In this document: in pieces, positions 48,644-56,580 of the stretch
Layout of the letters: every line of letters begins with the position of its first letter
Position numbering within the stretch: the first letter of the stretch is position 1
From: Escherichia phage PHB12
Direction: 5' to 3' (one strand)
DNA: 64,000 nt
Sequence record: MK524178.1
The notes under the pieces: generated by a model
Told to the model about the DNA's origin: nothing
The model's input: the letters and a program-made list of their open reading frames with translations, nothing else
The model's database searches: none
Made by a program: the position numbers and the translations under genes

Positions 48644-48957
48644 ATTTCCTCGCAAAATGCCCATTCAGCGTGATAAACTGTGGCGCCTTTAGTATTATTC
48701 ATTTGAACTACGTCTACCGGAGAAATTACTCGATAGAGACGTGGTTCACCTCCATAAGAGCGTGCTGCTCGTCCTGCATAAATCTTTGCTAAACCGATAT
48801 CTTCAGTAAAGAATACACGATCCAAGTTTTTCTTACGTCCAGTTTCAGACAGAACTCCTGTTTCCTCAGGAGGACAAAGCATGTTTTCGATGTTAGCTGA
48901 ACTACTTGAACCGTGATAAAAAATCTTAAATTCTGCTTTACAATCGATGGTTTTCAT
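48640..48957 (-). CDS. Hypothetical protein with HGS motif
   Basis: 105 aa; FYHGSSSS...AKIYAGRAA...YHAE. Confidence 0.45.
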   Translation of the reverse strand: MKTIDCKAEFKIFYHGSSSSANIENMLCPPEETGVLSETGRKKNLDRVFFTEDIGLAKIYAGRAARSYGGEPRLYRVISPVDVVQMNNTKGATVYHAEWAFCEEI

Positions 48958-48983
48958 TTTGTTCTCCAGTAGTTGATAGGTCT

Positions 48984-49012
48984 ATAATAACACAACTACT
49001 GGAGAAGTAAAC
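48984..49012 (-). promoter_or_regulatory. Early promoter
   Basis: Minus-strand GTTTAC, 17 bp, TATTAT upstream of ORF 48640-48957. Confidence 0.6.
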
Positions 49013-49387
49013 TTAAAAATGTAATTTAGATATATCTGCGTTGATTTCGTTTTGGTTTGCGTCATATGCAATTAAACGAACCGCTTTAGATGGGTCATTC
49101 AATGCATAGAAATGATGGAACATTGCTCGAACGATATCACCATTTACGAGTTTTACCTGGATAGGAGAACCTTTTTCGAGTTGGAAATGTTCATAAGCTT
49201 TGATGGTTCGCAGATAATCAAGTTTTTGATTTCCGGCTCCAACAATTTGTACGATACGTTTGCCCATGTTTTCCATACGAGATACAATAGTTTTAGGAGC
49301 AAGAATAACATAGGTTGCCAGCGGAGAATCTACTTCAACAGTTGTGTTTTCGGTGATTGCAGTAAAAATTGCTTGAGACATATTCAT
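49013..49387 (-). CDS. Hypothetical protein
   Basis: 124 aa ORF with SD AGAGGAAAA; between gene 41 and the 61.x cluster. Confidence 0.45.
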   Translation of the reverse strand: MNMSQAIFTAITENTTVEVDSPLATYVILAPKTIVSRMENMGKRIVQIVGAGNQKLDYLRTIKAYEHFQLEKGSPIQVKLVNGDIVRAMFHHFYALNDPSKAVRLIAYDANQNEINADISKLHF

Positions 49388-49416
49388 AGTGTTTTCCTCT
49401 TGGTTGGTGTAAGTAC

Positions 49417-49446
49417 ATCATATCATGCCTAGAGGAAGATGTAAAC
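49417..49446 (-). promoter_or_regulatory. Early promoter
   Basis: Minus-strand GTTTAC, 18 bp, TATGAT immediately after the gene 41 terminator hairpin. Confidence 0.55.
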
Positions 49447-49452
49447 CCCGAA

Positions 49453-49470
49453 AGGAGACCGAAGTCTCCT
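49453..49470 (-). terminator. UUCG-tetraloop hairpin after gene 41 (AGGAGAC-UUCG-GUCUCCU)
   Basis: Same stem sequence as hairpins at 6908 and 15873; flanked by A/T runs on both strands, so possibly bidirectional. Confidence 0.55.
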
Positions 49471-49475
49471 TTTTA

Positions 49476-50918
49476 TTAAAATTTTAACTCATTGGCTAAG
49501 CTATCTAGGTCAGCACGTGTTGTTTTGGCTTTACCTACGCGTTCCGTACGATTCACCTCTGCCTGACGCATCTGAGCACCTGCGTTTTCATTTACTGTGT
49601 TAGGTGTGTTCATGCCTTCTTGCTCAATCTCAATCCATTTCTGGTTGCCTTTACGTACACCCATCAGGAATTTATTCCACTTATTCTTATCACCATATCG
49701 TGATTTGATTTGTTTGATAAGTTGTTGTTCAGCTTGTGCAAGTTCTTCGGTTTCAATTACGGCCAACATGAAATCTGCCGTTGCTGGTAAACCTGCTGAT
49801 TCTGCAATATCGCGCATGTTCATATCCGAAGCATCCCATGCTGCACGTCCTACTTGAGCTGCAGTCCATAGAACTGTTTCAGATTCTACTGCTAATGCAC
49901 GAAGTTCTTCTGCGATAGCTTTAACTAATGTGTAGCTATTTTCAGTGTAAACTCTGATACGACAAGACCCACAAATACCTAAGTAATCAACCATGATTAC
50001 AGATGGCACAAAGTTCTTCTTAAGTTTTAACTCATTAAGCAATGCACGGAATGTATTAGCATTAGCTCCGCCAGTAGGATACTGTTTAACTACTAAACGT
50101 CCTAATGTGGATTTTGAACGCCATTTTTCCATCTTGGCTTTATATTCAGCATAAGATACGTTACCATCATCAATATCATCAAGTGATACGTCAAGCATGT
50201 TTGCATCTATACGCTTAGCGCAAACTTCTTCAGCCATTTCCATGGAAATATAAAGAACATTATGACCTGTTTGAAGATAATCTGCAGCAAGTGAACAAAG
50301 GCCTAAAGATTTACCAACGTTAACACCGGCCATTAAAACATTCAGTGTACCGGTTTCAGCACCACCTTTAGTGATTTTATTCAGAATGTTTAATTTGAAC
50401 GGGACCTTACGTGCTTTGTTCAGATAAGAAAGCCAGCGTGCTTCATAGTCTTCCATCCAGTCATGCCCAACATAACTATCAAACGAAATTGAAAGTGCTT
50501 GACGCATAATATCAGGAATAGCTCCTACGTCAGGCATTTTCTTGTTACGTTGTTCTGGAGGTAGTTCAGCATTAGATTGAATCTCAATGATTTTAGATGT
50601 AGCATTATACATCGCTTTTTGCTGGACATATTTCTCAGTTTCTTTAACCAACCATTCGTGGTCTTCAGGAGTATCAGCCAATTTTTCAATTAGGTCTGAA
50701 GTTCCTTTATATTCGGCTTCAGTTAAAGAACTGTTATCTAAAGCCACCTTTAACGCATTGATAGATGGCATTGCATTATATTCGTTAACGTGGCTCTTTA
50801 TAATTTTAAAGACGTTTTTTGCCGGTCCACGCTCAAAATACTCAGAATCCATATAAGGCCAGACCTTAGAAAAATAAGCCTGGTCATATACTAGATGAGA
50901 CAAAATAATTTCTACCAC
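49476..50918 (-). CDS. 41: Replicative DNA helicase gp41 (DnaB-like)
   Basis: 480 aa; Walker A AGVNVGKS; T4 gp41-like N-terminus MVEIILSHLVYDQAYFSKVWPYMDSEYF. Confidence 0.95.
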   Translation of the reverse strand: MVEIILSHLVYDQAYFSKVWPYMDSEYFERGPAKNVFKIIKSHVNEYNAMPSINALKVALDNSSLTEAEYKGTSDLIEKLADTPEDHEWLVKETEKYVQQKAMYNATSKIIEIQSNAELPPEQRNKKMPDVGAIPDIMRQALSISFDSYVGHDWMEDYEARWLSYLNKARKVPFKLNILNKITKGGAETGTLNVLMAGVNVGKSLGLCSLAADYLQTGHNVLYISMEMAEEVCAKRIDANMLDVSLDDIDDGNVSYAEYKAKMEKWRSKSTLGRLVVKQYPTGGANANTFRALLNELKLKKNFVPSVIMVDYLGICGSCRIRVYTENSYTLVKAIAEELRALAVESETVLWTAAQVGRAAWDASDMNMRDIAESAGLPATADFMLAVIETEELAQAEQQLIKQIKSRYGDKNKWNKFLMGVRKGNQKWIEIEQEGMNTPNTVNENAGAQMRQAEVNRTERVGKAKTTRADLDSLANELKF

Positions 50919-50927
50919 GATAACTCC

Positions 50928-51269
50928 TTAAAAGAATTTAAATTTTTTCTTGGTCCGTTCATTAAAAGCTTGTTGTACTTGCATTGTAACACATTTTTCA
51001 ACATGTGGTGCAAGTTCTGCTTTTCTGTCCTGGTCAAGAACTGCAAAGTCCATTACGATTTTACCATCAACCCAGTCTAGTTTTGTAATATAGACTATAT
51101 GATGAGAACCATCTTCAAGTGTAATCAGAATCTCTTGAATGACATTTTCCATTGCTGAACGGATAATTTTAAGAGATTCATTAAACACTCGTTCTTTGCG
51201 AATGTCTTCCCCTTCCGAAGAAGGGGATTCATCAACGATTTCTAGATTTAAATCATCGAGATTATTCAT
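50928..51269 (-). CDS. 40: gp40 (head vertex assembly chaperone position)
   Basis: About 113 aa between uvsX and 41 as in T4; start set at internal ATG to limit overlap with uvsX. Confidence 0.55.
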   Translation of the reverse strand: MNNLDDLNLEIVDESPSSEGEDIRKERVFNESLKIIRSAMENVIQEILITLEDGSHHIVYITKLDWVDGKIVMDFAVLDQDRKAELAPHVEKCVTMQVQQAFNERTKKKFKFF

Positions 51270-52434
51270 CGAAATCTTCCATTTCGTCAAGGTCGTTTTC
51301 TATATCTGCTGCAGACGGAGCATCAGAAGTTTTAACTGGAACTTTAGTTGTTGCTTTGCAATTAATAAGGTCGTTAACAGCGTCATCAACTTCTTTAATA
51401 GAAGAGATAGCACCTAGTTTATATTTAGTTTCAATTGCATCTCGGAAAGGTTTGTGTTTAAACAAAGGTCCCCAGAATTCTACACAATCAGTAGCTTTAG
51501 CACGCCATGATTTCTCTTCACGAATCATTTCGCCTGTTTCTTCGTCAAGGAATTCTCGAGCATACCACCCGGCTTTAGGCTTAACTACAAAACCAATTTC
51601 AGTTGCCATTTCTAACAAGCCACTGAATGGGTCAATACCACCATCAAAATTAACCGTGATCGGGAAAGTAGATTTTTCTTTAACGGTTCGAGATTTTTCT
51701 GCTTTCAACGTGAAGTCATAACCGGTCAATTCTGTGCCTTCTTTAACCTGACGTTTAGAGATAAAGAATACAGTGTTAGCAGAGTAAAGAATACCTGTAC
51801 CACCACCCATAATCTCTTTAGGATATAGACCGCCGATTTCCATTGCTGTATGGTTGATTGCAACACATGGAATATCTTTAATAGTCAGATAAGGAGTCAC
51901 AATGCGGAACAGAGATTTAAGTGCCTTAGCACGAGACATATCACCTACGACTTTCTCGTTCAATGCATCTTCGGTTTCTTTCTTAGATGCAGTATTACCA
52001 ATCGAGTCAATAAAGATAATAACTTTATCACCACGTTCAATCGCGTCAAGCTGATTAGTCATATCAACTTTAAGTTGTTCGACAGATTGAATCGGAGTAT
52101 GAACTACACGGTCTAAATCAACACCCATTGAACGAAAATAAGATTCTGAAGCACCAAATTCTGAATCATAGAACAAACAAATTGCATCTTTATATTTCTT
52201 CATATATGCTGCAACCATGGTCAGTCCAAACAACGTTTTAAAGTGTTTAGAAGGAGCAGCAAAAATAGTTAAGCCTGATTGCAACCCAGCATTCAGTGCA
52301 CCACCTAATGCAATATTCAACATCGGAATACGAGTAGGGACTTCATCGCGATTATTAAACAACTTAGACTTAGTCAAGTCTGCAGTCATTTTAGAAGTAG
52401 AAGCTTTAATCAGACGAGATTTTAAATCAGACAT
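51262..52434 (-). CDS. uvsX: UvsX recombinase (RecA-like)
   Basis: 390 aa; MSDLKSRLIKASTSKMTADLTKSKLFNNRDEVPTRIPMLNIALGGALNAGL matches T4 UvsX. Confidence 0.95.
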   Translation of the reverse strand: MSDLKSRLIKASTSKMTADLTKSKLFNNRDEVPTRIPMLNIALGGALNAGLQSGLTIFAAPSKHFKTLFGLTMVAAYMKKYKDAICLFYDSEFGASESYFRSMGVDLDRVVHTPIQSVEQLKVDMTNQLDAIERGDKVIIFIDSIGNTASKKETEDALNEKVVGDMSRAKALKSLFRIVTPYLTIKDIPCVAINHTAMEIGGLYPKEIMGGGTGILYSANTVFFISKRQVKEGTELTGYDFTLKAEKSRTVKEKSTFPITVNFDGGIDPFSGLLEMATEIGFVVKPKAGWYAREFLDEETGEMIREEKSWRAKATDCVEFWGPLFKHKPFRDAIETKYKLGAISSIKEVDDAVNDLINCKATTKVPVKTSDAPSAADIENDLDEMEDFDE

Positions 52435-52533
52435 TGTATTTTTCCATAGGCATCATTATATTTTACTCATGTTTAAAAGATAAGACGATTATATACTAAG
52501 GGTTATACAGCATTTAAAACTTTAAACAGGCTC

Positions 52534-53082
52534 TTAACGAGCCCATTTGATAATTTCTGTAATCAAATTATTACGTTCGCTTGCATTAAATCCTATAACT
52601 TTGTTAGCACCATCATGATTAAGTAATTGATACGTTTGGATTTTGTTATGAATTGCAAACTCTTCAAAATATGAAATGACTGTATTAAAACCAAATGAAG
52701 ACAAAGTAATAAGGTCGTCTTCAAAACTTTCAGTCATTTCGTTACGTGTTAAAATAATTGTGAACACATCATGGTTTTGGCAAAGACGAACATAATCCTG
52801 TTCATAAACGTCAAGAACCGAGTCCACATCTTGTCGAATACGTCCATAAACCCAGTTACTAATATATCCACGGTCTAACAGATAAATCTTAGTAGGGTCT
52901 AAATAATTCAACATCGTTTCGAAACAGCCAACTTCATTTCGAGACTTAACATCGAAACGTCCATCAACTGTTCGTTTAGGGAAATCAATCTTTACATATC
53001 TTTCACTAATTTCCATTATGTCATTAATGAAAGTTGTTTTACCAGCATTATCCGGGCCATCTACTAAAATAATTTTAGCCAT
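52534..53082 (-). CDS. Thymidylate-kinase-like P-loop nucleotide kinase
   Basis: 182 aa; Walker A ILVDGPDNAGKTT and DR(Y)-like LLDRGYISNWVYG as in dTMP/dNMP kinases. Confidence 0.6.
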   Translation of the reverse strand: MAKIILVDGPDNAGKTTFINDIMEISERYVKIDFPKRTVDGRFDVKSRNEVGCFETMLNYLDPTKIYLLDRGYISNWVYGRIRQDVDSVLDVYEQDYVRLCQNHDVFTIILTRNEMTESFEDDLITLSSFGFNTVISYFEEFAIHNKIQTYQLLNHDGANKVIGFNASERNNLITEIIKWAR

Positions 53083-53083
53083 T

Positions 53084-53983
53084 TTATTCCTCGATTATGA
53101 CATCTTCGTATTTAGGTATATTATACGGTGAAGAAATTAAAGCATTAAAGTAGATGAACTCACCAAGACCTGGATGGAATACTTCTTCAGGATTTTCGAA
53201 ATATTGAATCTTCGGCCGTCCTTTAAGAATTTGATAGTACTCAGTTTTAGTTGGTTTAAAAATTCGAATCAGTGCTTCTTCAGGATACTTATTTCTGTCG
53301 AAGCTATTATTTGGATCGGTTATATAAAGCGGTTGACCTAATTGAATTGCACATTCAACCACTTGTTCAAAACGATAACACGGGTCACTAATTCGAAATG
53401 GATGAAAAATACCATCTAGATGAATAGGAGCCAAATCACCTACAAGACGCTGCATGATGGAAGGACGTATAACTTTCTGCGTTACGATAATCTTATTACC
53501 ATCTGCACCTGCGTTAACCAGCACTTCTTTTTGACGTTCATTCAACACAGTAGTTTGAAGTGAACGATTAACAGACAACATGTCGGTTTTTAAGAATTCG
53601 TCAATATAAAAACGTGGTTTATTAGAGTCTGCAGTAATATTGAAATTGAATTCTACGTCAAAAGTGCCGTCATATCCAGTGATATCTGTGATTAGAAAAT
53701 CACAATCATAATAATCAATTAATGAATCAACCACAAATTCATTTTCAGACCAGAAATATTTACGAGTGTTATATGCGTTATCTTTATACCATAATGGAAC
53801 AAACTTAAATTCTGGGAAAAGACGTTCACATTCTTTAATATCAGATGCATTACGTGGATATGTAATTACATCACCCGGATTAGCACGGTGCAAATGAAGT
53901 TGGAAGTTGCCATCCTTAAGGATAGCATACTGTCCAGTTTCATAAGACCGCATACTCAAGATAGGTACGCGGAAAATAGCCAT
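53084..53983 (-). CDS. Hypothetical protein in the T4 beta-gt slot
   Basis: 299 aa; no motif assigned; sits between uvsX and gene 42 where T4 encodes beta-glucosyltransferase. Confidence 0.5.
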   Translation of the reverse strand: MAIFRVPILSMRSYETGQYAILKDGNFQLHLHRANPGDVITYPRNASDIKECERLFPEFKFVPLWYKDNAYNTRKYFWSENEFVVDSLIDYYDCDFLITDITGYDGTFDVEFNFNITADSNKPRFYIDEFLKTDMLSVNRSLQTTVLNERQKEVLVNAGADGNKIIVTQKVIRPSIMQRLVGDLAPIHLDGIFHPFRISDPCYRFEQVVECAIQLGQPLYITDPNNSFDRNKYPEEALIRIFKPTKTEYYQILKGRPKIQYFENPEEVFHPGLGEFIYFNALISSPYNIPKYEDVIIEE

Positions 53984-54699
53984 TAGTCAAGGAATCCTTT
54001 AACATAATCAAAATCACGTTCAAACACATGGGCACTTACCATGGTATGAGTATAATCACCAACTTCTACACCACATTCGTTAGCGATATAATGAAGTAAT
54101 TTTCCTTGGAGATAAAAATCCAACTGCATAACAACAGCACAGTTCTGAGAACGCATATGACAGTGGGTATAAAGCTTACCATCACGAATATAATAAGTCA
54201 CTGAGTCAGTACATGGATATTCAAGTGTTTCATCCGAATCAAGCAAAGCCTGATCTGAACTTTCAAGAATTTGAAACACAACTCTTCGTGAATTAGGTTT
54301 CTCTTTAAGTTCTTTTAGAAGAGTTGGTAACTGGGCCGCAATGCGAGGACCATAGAAAGTGTTGAAGTTCGCAGGCAAAGCATCTGATTTTGGTTTAGAA
54401 ATAAATTTAGCGACGTTAGGATATGCCTTAAATGCTTCTTCTGCATCAGTACCACCAGAAATCATAAATTTCCAGAAATCTTCAGCATATTCATAAGAGA
54501 TGCGATTAATACGTGGGTCGGTCATTTTGAATGATGAAGGGGTATCAACAACTACTGTCATAGACCCAATTTCATTACAACGTCCAATACGAGAGTCAGT
54601 AACGAACTGTGGATTTTCTAAAATTTCACGATTGACAGCTTTAAATGCGGATTGAAAATCTGCGGCTTTAATATATTTCATTGTGTTATGTTTTCCCAT
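53983..54699 (-). CDS. 42: dCMP hydroxymethylase homolog (thymidylate-synthase family), divergent
   Basis: 238 aa; catalytic YPCTDSV, PNSRRVVFQ, and HMRSQNCAVVMQLDFY with Asp at the position aligning to T4 D179 (cytosine specificity); I estimate about 30-35% identity to T4 gp42 by eye. Confidence 0.8.
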   Translation of the reverse strand: MGKHNTMKYIKAADFQSAFKAVNREILENPQFVTDSRIGRCNEIGSMTVVVDTPSSFKMTDPRINRISYEYAEDFWKFMISGGTDAEEAFKAYPNVAKFISKPKSDALPANFNTFYGPRIAAQLPTLLKELKEKPNSRRVVFQILESSDQALLDSDETLEYPCTDSVTYYIRDGKLYTHCHMRSQNCAVVMQLDFYLQGKLLHYIANECGVEVGDYTHTMVSAHVFERDFDYVKGFLD

Positions 54700-54978
54700 G
54701 TTTACCTCAATACAGTTATTATATACTCAATTCATAAAAGCTTATTTGAATTTCTTAGCGATGTTGATATAACGTAAAGCTTCAGCATCGATACTTCCAA
54801 GAACACTATGAAGAAATGCATCAGCGTAGTATTCTAGTTGAACAGGTTTCTTTAATCACTTTAGCCGCTTTAGTTTCAAACAGGCCCATAAGGGCCTTTT
54901 TAAGAATTTGTTCGTTGCTGTTAATTTTCATAGTCAAAATCTCTTCATTAAGTTGGTGGTTAAAAGTTTTTCTAGAAA

Positions 54979-56139
54979 TCATTCCGGGTACCTCAAAGCG
55001 TCATCAGAGTTAGTTATATCAATAATAGATATAGAGTTTTCTGCTAACCCATTTTTAGATAACTGACGTTTATAATATCTTTCACAATATGTACACGTCG
55101 TCCCGCAGATTTCATTAGCACAATCGAAATCTGGATGTCTGAACCACCTTTTTTCTAAAAAGCCATCTAACAAAGAGGTTTCAATATTTACTGTATGTGA
55201 AAACTCGGTTTCGTTTTCAAGAGTGAAAATAGTCTCTAAAGGCTTCCACAATTCCAACAAATTACCTTCAAATTTTTCAGAAGCATAAGCTTCAAGAACT
55301 TTCAAAATGTAGTCTGTGCTACCTGTACGTCCTGAAACTTTGAATTGAGTGATACCAATATCATTATAAAGTTTCAAATCTTGAGGACGAACAAAACGAG
55401 TTCTCAACCAGTTAAATGGGTCTGTATCACGAGCTTTAATACAGTGTTGCATTGGATATCCATTTAAGGATTTGGCATCATCTACTGTAACGTCGGTGCT
55501 ATGGAAAATATAGCAAGAGTCACGATAGCTACAATGTGTTGTATACCCTTTACCAGCATTAGAACAGAACTCATTTACAAGAACTTCAAATATTATATTG
55601 TTCTTATTACAAAACTCTGCTGCGCGTTTCAGGAAAGAAACTGAACGGTTCTTATGAATTCCACAGCAGACCTTTTTGATATTATATTGGTCATGCAAAT
55701 ATTTGATTTGAGTTACAGCATCAACATGTAGAATTGTTGAAACTTCAATCTCAATGTCTTTATTGACTTCACGAACAATTTCCATAACAACAGGGTTAGC
55801 GATAGTAATACGCCATACGCCTATTGACCAAAGATACTGAACATAATCCTGAATAGCTTTCTTCTTCCACTCAACTAGTTCTCTTTTTGAACCAGGATTT
55901 ATCGTGTTGAGTGTATAGTTAAAGCAAATACCTAATTCGTTACAACGTTTAACATAATCTTCTAACATCTTTTTGTCAACGTCAGGAAGCCTAAAATCAG
56001 GTCTGGCTGCTACAAAAGCCATTTCTCTTGTAGAGCCGTATACTTCGTTTATCAAGCTATTAGGATAAGTTTTATTGAGCTCTACGATTTTATCAAGAAG
56101 AGCTAAATCAAAATTCGTTCCGATTTTAAAGGTATTCAT
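54979..56139 (-). CDS. Peptidase-U32-family-like protein with Cys clusters
   Basis: 386 aa; FEVLVNEFCSNAGKGYTTHCSY resembles the U32 signature (E-[IV]-F-V-x-G-A-L-C...G-x-C); C-terminal CANEICGTTCTYC; assignment from motif recollection only. Confidence 0.45.
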   Translation of the reverse strand: MNTFKIGTNFDLALLDKIVELNKTYPNSLINEVYGSTREMAFVAARPDFRLPDVDKKMLEDYVKRCNELGICFNYTLNTINPGSKRELVEWKKKAIQDYVQYLWSIGVWRITIANPVVMEIVREVNKDIEIEVSTILHVDAVTQIKYLHDQYNIKKVCCGIHKNRSVSFLKRAAEFCNKNNIIFEVLVNEFCSNAGKGYTTHCSYRDSCYIFHSTDVTVDDAKSLNGYPMQHCIKARDTDPFNWLRTRFVRPQDLKLYNDIGITQFKVSGRTGSTDYILKVLEAYASEKFEGNLLELWKPLETIFTLENETEFSHTVNIETSLLDGFLEKRWFRHPDFDCANEICGTTCTYCERYYKRQLSKNGLAENSISIIDITNSDDALRYPE

Positions 56140-56193
56140 TTTTGCATCTCGCGTTAATTGTTGCGATGGTTTTTGCAGGTCTTACTTAAATTA

Positions 56194-56580
56194 TTATAGA
56201 TTCGGTTTATATGATTTAAATGTTTCGAATTCGCCTTTATTCATAAGAGCTTTGAATTCGTCAGGACGCATAGCTTTGTCGTCGATAATCCAATCATATA
56301 CTGGTTTATGTGTTAGCAAATTATGGTACTTCAATCCAATGTTTGCCAAGTTCTGAATCAGACTTGGGAGAATGTCAATTGCTATACGACCAGGACCGAC
56401 TGACTTCATACCGCGAGCAGTGTAAAGAGTTATTGTATGCCCTGCATCATACAGGGCATTAATGGCAGACACCATTTCGACGTCTGGTTTGAAGTTCACG
56501 TAATCACGATTGTTATTCCACTCTGTTATACAATCATCGACATCAAAACAAAGATTAAGCATGTTTTCTACACGGTGCAT
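56194..56580 (-). CDS. Small HAD-like phosphatase (candidate sugar-phosphate phosphatase)
   Basis: About 128 aa from ATG 56580 (TAATG coupling); HAD-like motif I FDVDDCIT, motif II ITLYTARG, motif IV WIIDDK. Confidence 0.5.
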   Translation of the reverse strand: MHRVENMLNLCFDVDDCITEWNNNRDYVNFKPDVEMVSAINALYDAGHTITLYTARGMKSVGPGRIAIDILPSLIQNLANIGLKYHNLLTHKPVYDWIIDDKAMRPDEFKALMNKGEFETFKSYKPNL

